This document shows, piece by piece, positions 13,061 through 24,500 of a stretch of DNA of 64,000 nucleotides. The number at the start of each line of letters is the position of its first letter. Position 1 is the stretch's first letter. This DNA is from Mustelus asterias (Eukaryota), in assembly GCF_964213995.1 (NCBI RefSeq), contig NC_135826.1, forward strand, positions 41,850,001 to 41,914,000. The letters run 5' to 3'. The notes under the pieces are model-generated. The model was not told where the DNA came from. It saw only the letters and a list, made by a program, of their open reading frames with translations, and did no database searches. Made by a program: the position numbers and the translations under genes.

Positions 13061-13370
13061 TTGGATCCCGACAGTGCAGAAGGAGGCCATTCAGCCCATC
13101 GAGTCTGCACTGACAACAATCCCACCCAGGCCCTATCCCCATAACCCACCATATTTACCCCACTAATTCCCCCGACACTAAGGGGCAATTTATTATGGCC
13201 AGTCAACCTAACCTGCACATCTTTGGACTGTGGGAGGAAACTGGTGCATCCGGAGGAAACGCACACAGACACGGGGAGAACTTGCAAACACCACACAGCC
13301 AGTGACCCACGTGGGAATCGAACGCAGGTCCCTGGCACTGTGAGGCTGCAGTGCTAATCACTGTGCCACC
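13061..13370 (-). mobile_element. HE1-type SINE (diverged)
   Basis: tRNA-like head, central domain and CR1-like tail. Confidence 0.85.
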
Positions 13371-14069
13371 CTCCAGATAAAGAGCCAATTGACAGCAGGA
13401 CACGAGTTTGAGAATGGGGACAGGCGTGAGACCGTGTTCAATCTCCCAAATGATGTTCCCATGGACTGTGACTCTCCCGCTGTGTGTATGGGATTGGACA
13501 CACTGTCCATTGAGGAAAATAGATGTATACTGCTGGAGAGGTTGTTCTACCAGAATCCTGATTAGACCAGGTGACACCTTCCTCCATCCCCCATTGCTCA
13601 TTGGCCAGTTAGATCAACTCTTGTTTGGGTGATGTTTGGATTGCTCCAATTAGCAGACCCCCACCGGGGAAATTCAGTCCAAACAACTCCCACTCCCCAC
13701 CCTGGACCCTGCTCATTGCTTTAGATGAGGAAAGACCAACCAAGCTGCCCCCTTCCCCTCCCCCCACTCCACCCCCATCCAAGCAAATCTCTGGGTGCTT
13801 TGAGAATGGCGATCCAGGCAGGGGACAGGAGGGAGACCCGCAGCCAATCAGTGCTGAGTAAAAGCAATGGTTAGCGATGAAAATCTTCCTCACCCACAAC
13901 CTTTGAACCTTGACCTGTTTCCACATGGCTGATGTAAGAAACATCACTGGAGAAATACAGGGGTTGGGGGGGGGGGGGGGGGGGAGTGAAGGTCACATCC
14001 TAGGGCTCCAAAGGTTGCCATAACACCAAAGGCCATGGCCTGTGATAGATGCTCAGTAACTGTAAAGGG

Positions 14070-14295
14070 AAGGTGGCGGGGGGGGGGGGCTTGGTTGGCG
14101 GGGGGGGGGGGGGGGGGGGCTTGGTTGGCGGGGGGCGGGGGGGGGGCTTGGTTGGCGGGGGGGGCAGGGGGGGCTTGGTTGGCGGGGGGGGCTTGGTTGG
14201 CGGGGGGGCATGATTGGCGGGGGGGCGGGGGGGGGCTTGGTTGGCGGGGGGGGCGGGGGGGGCTTGGTTGGCGGGGGGGGGAAGGCTTGGTTAGG
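14070..14295 (+). repeat. G-rich minisatellite (Gn-cttggttggc-Gn), G-quadruplex-prone
   Basis: About 8 units with long G runs. Confidence 0.9.
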
Positions 14296-14563
14296 GGATG
14301 AGGTCATTCACCGCCTCGAGCCTGCTCCACAATTCAGTCGGGTCACAGCTGGTCTGCTGCACCACTCCGCTTAATCCAATATCCTGAAATAGCTTCACCT
14401 CAGAAAAATCTCTCAACCTCAGCTGTGAATGTTTCAGCCGACTCCAAGTATTGGGTTCTGGGACAGCGTGTAGGATTCCTGCCCTTGAGTCTGACGGTTC
14501 CGAGTTTGAGTCTCAGTCCAGTTACTCCAGACTGACACTCAGTGCCGGTAATGAGGGAATGCT

Positions 14564-15750
14564 TGATTTGATTTGATTTATTATTGTCACATGTATTAGT
14601 ACACAGTGAAAAGTATTGTTTCTTGCGCGCTATACAGATAAAACATATCGTTCATAGAGAAGGGAACGAGAGGGTGCAGAATGTAGTGTTACAGTCATAG
14701 CTAGGGTGTCGAGAAAGATCAACTTAATGCAAGGTAGGTCCATTCAAAAGTCTGACAGCAGCAGGGAAGAAGTTGTTCTTGAGTCGGTTGGTACGTGACC
14801 TCAGACTTTTGTATCCTTTTCCCGACCGAATAAGGTGGAAGAGAGTATGTCCGGGCTACATGGGGTCCTTCATTATACTGGCTGCTTTGCTGAGGCAGCG
14901 GGAAGTGTAGACAGAGTCAATGGATGGGAAGCTGGTTTGCTTGATGGATTGGGCTACATTCACGACCTTTGGTAGTTTCTTGGGCAGAGCAGGAGTCATA
15001 CCAAGCTGTGATACAACCAGAAAGAATGCTTTCTATGATGCATCTGTAAAAGGTGGGGAGAGTCGTAGCTGATGTGCCAAATTTCCTTAGTCTTCTGAGA
15101 AAGTAGAGGCGTTGGTGGGCTTTCTTAACTATAGTGTCGGCATGGGGGGACCAGGACAGGCTGTTGGTGATTTGGACACGTAAAACTTGAAGTTTTCGAC
15201 CCTTTCTACTTCGTTGTAGCATTAGGCAAACTGTAGTGGATCCAGGCAATCTGGGAGGCTGGAATTGATTCTTTTTTTTTTTAGAAACCCTACAGTGCAG
15301 AAGGAGGCCATTCGGCCCATCGAGTCTGCACCGACCACAATCCCACCCAGGCCCTATCCCCACATATTTACCCGCTAATCCCTCTAACCTACACATCCCA
15401 GGACTCTAAGGGGCAATTTTTAACCTGGCCAATCAACCTAACCCGCACATCTTTGGACTGTGGGAGGAAACCGGAGCACCCGGAGGAAACCCACGCAGAC
15501 ACGAGGAGAATGTGCAAACTCCACACAGACAGTGACCCGAGCCGGGAATCGAACCCGGGACCCTGGAGCTGTGAAGCAGCAGTGCTAACCACTGTGCTAC
15601 CGTGCCGCACTCGTGTCATGACTAACCTCATGATTCGTGTCATGACTAACCTCTCGAAGCACTTCATCATGATGGATGTCAGAGCCACCGGCCGATAGTC
15701 ATTAAGACATGCTGCTTTGGTACTGGGATGATGGTTGTCTTCTTGAAGCA
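14564..15750 (-). mobile_element. Rex1/Babar-type LINE fragments with an HE1 SINE (15280-15608) inside
   Basis: NDYRPVALTSIMMKCFERLV and KKAHQRLYFLRRLRKFG...IESILSGCITAWY; (TCAAA)n tail. Confidence 0.8.
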
Positions 15751-16277
15751 GATAAGAATCCCCCCCTCCACCATCTCCCCTCTCAGATGGATGTAAAAGA
15801 TTCCACAGGCACTGTTGCAAAGAAGAGCTGGGGGCGCCACCTGGCCTCAATCGACATCAATAAAAAATGATCTGATCTTTATTATGGTGCCATTTATTGG
15901 GATCTTGCTATGCACAGATTGACTGCTTACATTACAGTGACTATGATTCAGAAAGTATTCCATTGGCTGGAAGGCACGTTGCAATGGCCTGAGGGAATGA
16001 AAGGTGTTGCAATAACATGTTATTTTTCTCATTGAACACAATCAAGATGGAAATTTGGAGAGGATCTGATTTCTGATGAGCCCAAAATCGTCACAAATTT
16101 TACCACCATTCGTAGCTCATTGGTCTATGGGCTGGGTGCAGGAAGATGGGATTAGAAAGAGTATCTGGGCGAAATCAGGCTGGCATGGGAAAGACAGGCT
16201 GAATGGCCTCCTTCCATGCTGTAACTTTTCTATGGTTCTATCAAAGTAAACACAGCAACAGCAACTTGCATTTCTAA

Positions 16278-17270
16278 TACAGGGCTCTGTACTGGGACCT
16301 CTGCTATTTGTGATATATATAAATGATTTGGAAGAAGGTGTAACTGGTGTTATCAGCAAGTTTGCGGATGACACAAAGATGGCTGGACTTGCGGAAAGCG
16401 ATGAACATTGTCGGACAATACAGCAGGATATAGATAGGCTGGCAAATTGGGCAGAGAAATGGCAGATGGAATTTAATCCAGATAAATGCGAAGTGATGCA
16501 TTTTGGAAGAACTAATGTAGGGGGGAGTTATACAATAGATGGCAGAGCCATCAAGAGTATAGAAACACAGAGGGACCTAGGTGTGCAAGTCCACAAATCC
16601 TTGAAGGTGGCAGCACAGGTGGAGAAGGTGGTGAAGAAGGCATATGGTATGCTTGCCTTTATAGGACGGGGTATAGAGTATAAAAGCTGGAGTCTGATGT
16701 TGCAGCTGTATAGAACGCTGGTTAGGCCACATTTGGAGTACTGTGTCCAGTTCTGGTCGCCGCACTACCAGAAGGGCGTGGAGGCTTTAGAGAGAGTACA
16801 GAGAAGGTTTACCAGGATGTTGCCTGGTATGGAGGGTCTTAGCTATGAGGAGAGATTGGGTAAACTGGGCATGTTCTCCCTGGAAAGACGGAGAATGAGG
16901 GGAGACCTAATAGAGGTGTACAAAATTATGAAGGGTATAGATAGGGTGAACAGTGGGAAACTTTTTCCCAGGTTGGAGGTGACGATCACGAGGGGTCACG
17001 GGCTCAAGGTGAGAGGGGCGAGGTATAACTCAGATATCAGAGGGACGTTTTTTACACAGAGAGTGGTGGGGGCCCGGAATGCGCTGCCAAGTAGGGTGGT
17101 GGAAGCAGACACGCTGGCATCGTTTAAGACTTACCTGGATGGTCACATGAGCAGTCTGGGAATGGAGGGATACAAACGAATGGTCTGGTTGGACCAATGA
17201 GTGGCACAGGCTTGGAGGGTCGAAGGGCCTGTTTCCTGTGCTGTACTGTTCTTTGTTCTTTGTTCTTTAT
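16278..17270 (+). mobile_element. CR1 LINE, 5'-truncated (RT C-terminal ORF 16310-17200)
   Basis: IYINDL...KFADDTK...RPHLEYCVQFWSP; (TTCTTTG)n tail. Confidence 0.92.
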
Positions 17271-17519
17271 TCTGTTTTTAAGGCAGTAAAATATCTCACG
17301 GTGCTTCACGAGCTTTATAAAACACATTGAGGAGATATTAGAACGGACACCCAAATAACTGGTCAAAGATTTTAAAGATTGTCATAAAGAAGGAAAGTGA
17401 GGTTGAGAGGCGAAGAGGTTCAGAGAGAGAATTCCAGAGCTCGGAGCTAAGGCATGGCCACTGATACTGGAGTGATCAAAATAGGTGATATTCAAGAGAT
17501 CAGAATTGGAGAGGTAGAC

Positions 17520-17822
17520 ATAGAATCATAGAATTGCGACAGTACAGAAGGAGGCCATTCAGCCCATCGAGTCTCTACCGATCACAATCCCACCCAGGCC
17601 CCGTTCCCGTAACCTCACACATTTACCTTGCTAATCCCCCTCACACTAGGGTCAATTTTAGCATGGCCAATCCACTAACCCGCACATCTTGGACTGTGGG
17701 AGGAATCCGGAGCACCCGGAGGAAACCCACGCAAACACAGGAAGAATGTGCAAACTCCACACAGACAGTGACCCGAGGCCGGAATTGAACCTGGGTCCCC
17801 TGTGAGGCAGCAGTACCGCCCC
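17520..17822 (-). mobile_element. HE1-type SINE
   Basis: Central domain and CR1-like tail. Confidence 0.85.
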
Positions 17823-18333
17823 ATTTGGGCGAGTTATAGGGCAGCAAGAGATTACAGAGGTGTTTGGGGGGGATGGGGGGGCGGGGGGAGTGAGGCCATA
17901 CAAGGATTCGAAAAACAAAAACCAAAAGAGGAAGTGCTGGAAAGTCTCAAAACTTTGACAAAGGGTCATCTGGATTCGAAAGGTCAGCTCTTTTCTCCCC
18001 TTACAGATGCTGCCAAGACCTGCTGAGATTTTGCAGCATTTTCTCTTTTGGTTTCAGATTCCAGCATCTGTAGTCAGTAGCTGTTATTTCGAAAAACAAA
18101 AGGCGAGAGGTTTAAAATGGAGATGTTGTTGGACTGGGAGCCAGGGTCATTCAGTGAAGGAGGTGCCAGTCCCTCGAAATTTCACAACTCACTTGCTCTT
18201 CGAAAGCAGTTTACAAATTGCTACATTTCAGCTGGTTTTTTTTGCATTGAGCGATTAAACGGAGTTGTCTGTAACAGTTCAGTATGATGGCCCCCCACTG
18301 CCCGAGGTCCAGGAGGAAGGGCAGGGGGGTTCA

Positions 18334-18512
18334 TCAACAGCTGATCTGTGTAGATGGACTTTTTGAGGAGCTGCTGTTAGGAGTCGAAGACTTTCCCTTT
18401 ATCAAGTCTTTGATCAGCCGTTTGCGAATTAAGCAAATCAGAAGTCCAAACCCCGACAAGCTGGCCAGAGGTACAGAGAGGCCCAGAGTGATAACTTCCT
18501 GCTGAGGTGTCT
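18334..18512 (-). CDS. Exon 8: transmembrane segment and Ser-rich cytoplasmic tail
   Basis: Acceptor tttctctttgtcgttccag| in phase 1. Protein ETPQQE-VITLGLSVPLASLSGFGLLICLI-RKRLIKD...SKSPSTQISC-stop. Confidence 0.88.
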
Positions 18513-21500
18513 CTGGAACGACAAAGAGAAAGTGTTCATTAATCAAACTCCACATCATCACTGGAGAAACATTTGATCCCTTACCCACAGTGAGAGGGAG
18601 CGAGCTCCAATGAAAGGCCCCTCCCATTCCGACACTATAGTTAAGAAAGCCCCACCAATGCCTCTACTTTCTCGGAAGACTAAGTAAATTTGGCATGTCA
18701 GCTACGACTCTCACCAACTTTTACAGATACAATCAGAAAGAATGCTTTCTATGGTGCATCACAGCTTGGTATGGCTCCTGCTCTGCCCAAGACCGCAAGA
18801 AACTACAAAAGATTGTGAATGTAGCCCAATCCATCGCGCAAACCAGCCTCCCATCCATTGACTCTGTCTACACTTCCCGCTGCCTCAGCAAGGCAGCCAG
18901 CATAATTAAGGACCCCCACGCACCCCGGACATTCTCTCTTCCACCTTCTTCCTTCGGGAAAAAGATACAAAAGTCTGAGGTCACGTACCAACCGACTCAA
19001 GAACAGCTTCTTCCCTGCTGCTGTCAGACTTTTGAATGGACTTACCTTGCATTAAGTTGATCTTTCTCTACACCCTAGCTATGACTGTAACACTACATTC
19101 TGCACTCTCTCCTTTCCTTCTCTATGAACGGTATGCTTTGTCTGTACAGTGGGCAAGAAACAGTACTTTTCACTATGTTAATACATGTGACAATAATAAA
19201 TCAAATCAAATCAAAAATCATCTAAACCATTAATCCCTGTTTCCTTCTCTGTACATGCTGCCTGGCCTGCTGAGGAGTTTGCTGTTATGTTATCCACGGT
19301 GACAGTGCAAACGCTTTGAAACAACTCCAACTGCTCCAAAACATTCTGGGATATCCTGAGGTTGTGAAAGGTGCTATGGAAATGCAAACTCTTTCTTGTG
19401 CTTTTTTGTCCTCTCTCTATGTGGCCAGTTGTCCCTGAACTTTTCAAACCCCCATCTCTACATACTCTCCCCCCCGCCTCACTGTACAGAAATCACCATT
19501 TATTGCAACTTTCACTTTAACACTTTGTTCCCCAGAGTGATTGAAATTGTAAACGTTTCTCTCCGTCAGTATTACACCCTTCACACAGTCCGCAGGTTTG
19601 TAATATCCTGCCTTCATCAATCTCAACTAACCTCCGACCCCACACAACCATTGACTTCATTACAGACAAGGGGTGGGATTTTCCAGCCGCGCTCACCCCA
19701 AGACTGGAAAATCCCACCTGAGGTCAAGGGACGTTTGCATGGTCCTACGATTCCCATGGAGGGCGGAATTGGAAAATTCTGCCCAAGGTCTTGTCCCTCA
19801 TTGGGTTTCATAGGCCTTCATTGGGTGGCACAGTGGTTAGCGCTGCTGCCTCACAGCGCCAGGGACCCAGGTTCAATTCCGATCTCGGGTCACCGTCTGT
19901 GTGGAGTTTGCACGTTCTCCCTGTGTCTGTGTGGGTTTCCTCTGGGTGCTCCAGTTTCCTCCCACAGTCCGAAAGATGTCCTGGTTAGGTGGATTGATCG
20001 TGCTAAATTCTCCCTTGGTGTCCCAAGATGTGCAGGTTAAGGGGATTGGTGGGGTAAATATCTGGGGTTACAGGGATAGGGCATGGGTGGGATGCTCTGT
20101 CGGAAAGTTGGTGCAGACTTGATGGGCCGAATGGTCTCCGCTTGCAGTGTAGGGATTCTAAGGTTCATTGGCTGTCTTGAGAGAGTCAGTATGAAAGTCA
20201 TAAACACGTACCTAATACAGTGACCTGAGCTCTCAGTCTCACTTCACCCAGTTCATTCTCCACCACACACTCGTACAGTCCCTGGTCATCCGGTGTCAGA
20301 GAATCGATTCTCAGCTCCGACTTCCCTCGCGAGCTGGAAATGTTCCACCTCCACTGCTTGCTGGGGTCTGTCCTTCCCCAGGTGATGTTGGGTTCAGGGT
20401 TGGCATCTCCTTGGCAGGTTAATGCCAGCGTCTCGCCCGCCCTGGCACTGCCCCCACCGTCAATGGAAACGTTCCGGGGACCGTCTGGAAAATCAGGAAA
20501 CAAATTTCAGCTCATCGGAAAAATCTGCTGTCTTGTATCCTGACTCTCAGCAATTCCCACATGCCCATCACCCTCTGTGCGTTCACTGTACACTGGCTTC
20601 CAATCCATGGAATCCCAACACTGCAGAAAGAGGCCATTCAGCCCATTAAGCCTGCACCAACAAAATTCCTCACCCAGGCCCTATCCCCATAACCCCACGT
20701 ATTTATCCTGCTCGCCCCCTGACACTAAGGGGCAATTTAGCATGGCCAATGCATCTAACCCGCACATCTTTGGACTGTGGGAGGAAACCGGAGCACCCGG
20801 AGGAAACCCACGCTGACACGAGGAGAATGTGCAAACTCCACACAGACAGTGACCTGAGGCCGGAATTGAACCCGGGTCCCTGGCGCTGTGAGGCAGCAGT
20901 GCTAACCACTGTGCCACCACCAAGCAACAGCTTCATTATAAAATTCACATCCTCATGTTTAAATCCCTGTCTGTCTCATCGAGTCACAAAGATTTACAGA
21001 ACAGGAGACCATTCAGCCCGTCATCACTGTTCTGGCTGGCAAACAGTTATCCAGCCTAATCCCATTGTCTAGTTCTTGGTCTGTAGCCCTATCAGTTACA
21101 GTAATTCATGTAGAAATCCAACAATTTAATTAAAGTTAAAGTTTATTTATTACTGTTACAAGTAGGCTTACATTAACACTGCAATGAAGTTATTGTGAAA
21201 ATCCCTCTAGTCGCCACACTCCGGTGCCTGTTCGGGTACACTGAGGGAGAATTTAGCATGGCCAATGCGCCTAACCAGCACGTCTTTCGGACTGTGGGAG
21301 GAAACCGGAGCACCCGGAGGAAACCCACGCAGACACGGGGAGAACGTGCAGACTCCGCACAGACAGTGACCCAAGCCGGGCATCGAACCCGGGTCGCTGG
21401 CGCTGTGAGGCAGCAGTGCTAACCACTGTGCCGCCCACATGAAAAGGGTCTCTGCCTCTAGCACCTTTCACCCTCTGGGAGACACAATCTCCTCGAATCG

Positions 21501-24500
21501 TTGTACCATTTACTTCATATTTTCCACCTGGTTGTTGACTTCTCTGCTAAAGGAAATAAGTACTTCCCCATCCAGACTGGTTATAATTTTATACACCTCA
21601 ATGATCTCACCTTTTCCAAAGTAAACAACCCCAGTCCACCTGAAACAAAAACAGATAATGTTTGAAAATCTCTGCAGGTCTGGCAGCATCTGTGAAGAGA
21701 GAGACAGAGTCAGTCATAGCGACTCAAATTAACTGTCTCTCTCCACAGAAGCTGCCAGACCTGCTGAGGTTTTCCAGCACTTTCTATTTTATTTCACGTT
21801 TCCCACACTCTCAGGATTTTATTTTTGTTTCCCCAGTCTATCTAATTTTTAGATTAAAATTCTCCAGTCCTGGCAACATCCTTGTAAATTTTCTCTCTTC
21901 CCCACTCCAGCACACTTACATCCTTCCTGTGGTGACCAGATCTACACAGTATCCGAGCTGTGTGGCCATATTAGTGCTTCATATCTTTCTAGTGTCACCT
22001 CGGGGCTGGAGGAGGTCACAGAGATAGGGAGGTGGTGTAGGGACTGGAGGAGGTTACAGAGATAGGGAGGGTTGTAGGGGCTGGAGGAGGTTACAGAGAT
22101 AGGGAGGTGGTGTAGGGGCTGGAGGAGGTTACAGAGATAGGGAGGTGGTGTAGGGACTGGAGGAGGTTACAGAGATAGGGAGGTGGTGTAGGGACTGGAG
22201 GAGGTTACAGAGATAGGGAGGTGGTGTAGGGGCTGGAGGAGGTTACAGAGATAGGGAGGGTTGTAGGGGCTGGAGGAGGTTACAGAGATAGGGAGGGTTG
22301 TAGGGGCTAGAGGAGGTTACAGAGATAGGGAGGGTTGTAGGGGCTGGAGGAGGTTACAGAGATAGGGAGGGTTGTAGGGGCTGGGAGAGGTTACAGAGAT
22401 AGGGAGGGTTGTAGGGGCTGGGAGAGGTTACAGAGATAGGGAGGGGTGTAAGGGCTGGAGGAGGTTACAGAGATAGAGAGGAGTGTAGGGGCTGGAAGAG
22501 GTTACAGAGATAGGGAGGCGGTGTAGGGACTGGAGGAGGTTACAAAGATAAGGAGGGTTGTAGGGACTGGAGGAGGTTACAGAAATAGGGAGGGTTGTAA
22601 GGGTGGGAGGAGTTTACAGAGATAGAGAGGAGTGTAGGGGCTGGAGGAGGTTACAGAGATAAGGAGGGTTGTGGGGCAAGAGGAGGTTACAGAGATGGAG
22701 AGAGTTGAAGAGGTTACGGAGATAGGGAGTAGTGTGGAGGCTAGAGGAGGTTACAGAGATAGGGATGGTTGTAGGGGCTGGAGGAGGTTACAGAGATAGG
22801 GAGGAGGTGTAGGGGCTGGAGGAGGTTACAGAGATAGGGAGGGGGTGTAGGGACTGGAGGAGGTTACAGAGATAGGGATGGTTGTAGGGGCTGGAGGAGG
22901 TTACAGAGGTAGGGAGAGTTGTAGGGGCTGGAGAAGGTTAGAGATAGGGAGGGTTGTAGTGTCTCGAGGAGGTTACAAAAATAGGGAGGGGTGTAGCGGC
23001 TCTAGGAGGTTACAGAGGTGGGAGGGTTGCAGGGGCTGGAGGAGATTACAGAGATAGGGAGCGTTATAGGGCCTCGGCGCCAGTGAGAAAATTAAACTGG
23101 CATTAACCTGTCAGATACACCTACCCTAAATCCTACTTCACATTTGTATGTAACTCTTCTTATCTCTGTAACCTCCTCCAGACCCTACACCCCTCCCTAT
23201 CTCTGTAACCTCCTGAAGCCCCAATAACCTCCGTATCATCCTCCAGCCCCTACACCCCTCCCTATCTCTGTAACCTCCTCTAGCCCCTACAACCCTCCCT
23301 ATCTCTATAACCTCTTCCAGCCCCTACAACCCTCCCTATCTCTGTAACCTCCTCCAGCCCCTACAACCCTCCCTATCTCTGTAACCTCCTCCACCCCCTA
23401 CACCCCCTCCCTATCTCTGTAACCTCCTCCACCCCCTACACCCCCTCCCTATCTCTGCAACCTCCTCCAGCTCCTGGAACCCTCTGCGATCTCTGTTCTC
23501 CTTCAATTCCAGCCTCTTGCATATTCCTGGTTCCCAGAATCCCAGCCATAGCTGCTGTTTCTCCAGCTGCCTGGGTTCTAAGCTCTGTTGTTCCCTACCT
23601 AAACCCCTCCACCTTCATTCCTGAGACACTTGTAAAACCTGTCTCTTTGACACTTGTAAAACCTGTCTCTTTGACAAAGATATTGGTTGCCTTTCCCAGT
23701 AACTCTGAGTGGCCGGGAGTCACATTTTGACAGATTATCAACACTTCTCAAACTGAATTTCCCAAAGGTGGGAACTGTCAGTAATTGGATCGAGTTCAGA
23801 CTGAAAATTAAACGACAAAATTCTCTGTTCTGATCAGGATCTGAACCTGATTCTGGCATGGATCACTCCCTGCTGCGTGTTCATTGACTCTCTCCACTGC
23901 ATCCTCACTCCCTCCCTCCTCATCACTTACTCCACACATACATTTGCGGGTCAGAGTGTTACCCTCCTGGTTGAATGTCTCCTCTCAGACTGAGTGTTGT
24001 GAAATCAGCAGACTGGCAAACCCTGTACTGGTCATGTCTATAAAAACCACAGTATCAGGGTTTGAGATAATTCCTGTCCTTGTGGGACTGAGTTAGTCAC
24101 TGCGTCAACTTCTGCTTTTAAACTTTTCTGTGGTTCAATTCTGTGAATTGCATGAAATTTTTAATTATTGCGCAAAGTTACAGATGGGAACACGTCTGTC
24201 TGAGAGTCAGGTTCCAGAAGCTGCTCAGACGCACTCCGAGAGAGAAACACATTTGAATTTAATCAGTCAGCGTCCTGCACAGTCCACACTCAATAACTCT
24301 GTATGAACTTCCAGCCCAGTCCATATTAACTCCATCCACCCCGCATCTAATCTGTATCCACCTCACATCCACTCCCAATCCACAGCCCAGTTACTCCCAA
24401 TCCACAGCCCAGTTACTCCCAATCCACAGCCCAGTTACTCCCAATCCACAGCCCAGTTACTCCCAATCCACAGCCCAGTTACTCCCAATCCACAGCCCAG

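Larger units (their letters stand above)
976..13601 (-). pseudogene. Candidate unidentified multi-exon gene or pseudogene (exon-like segments 13601-13371, 12664-12572 plus 11643-11465, about 7620-6380, 4142-4050, 1071-976)
   Basis: Non-repeat islands with open frames on the same strand and plausible AG/GT boundaries (e.g. ctgtag|GGC...GAG|GTTAGT; tatag|TCG...CAG|GTATGT, both phase 0). Three segments are interrupted by a SINE, a satellite, and an LTR plus SINE; the 6.4-7.6 kb part has frameshifts and stops. Confidence 0.35.

Noticed and set aside
14035-14307. Gly-rich and Pro-rich ORFs
   Set aside because: Translations of a G-rich minisatellite.
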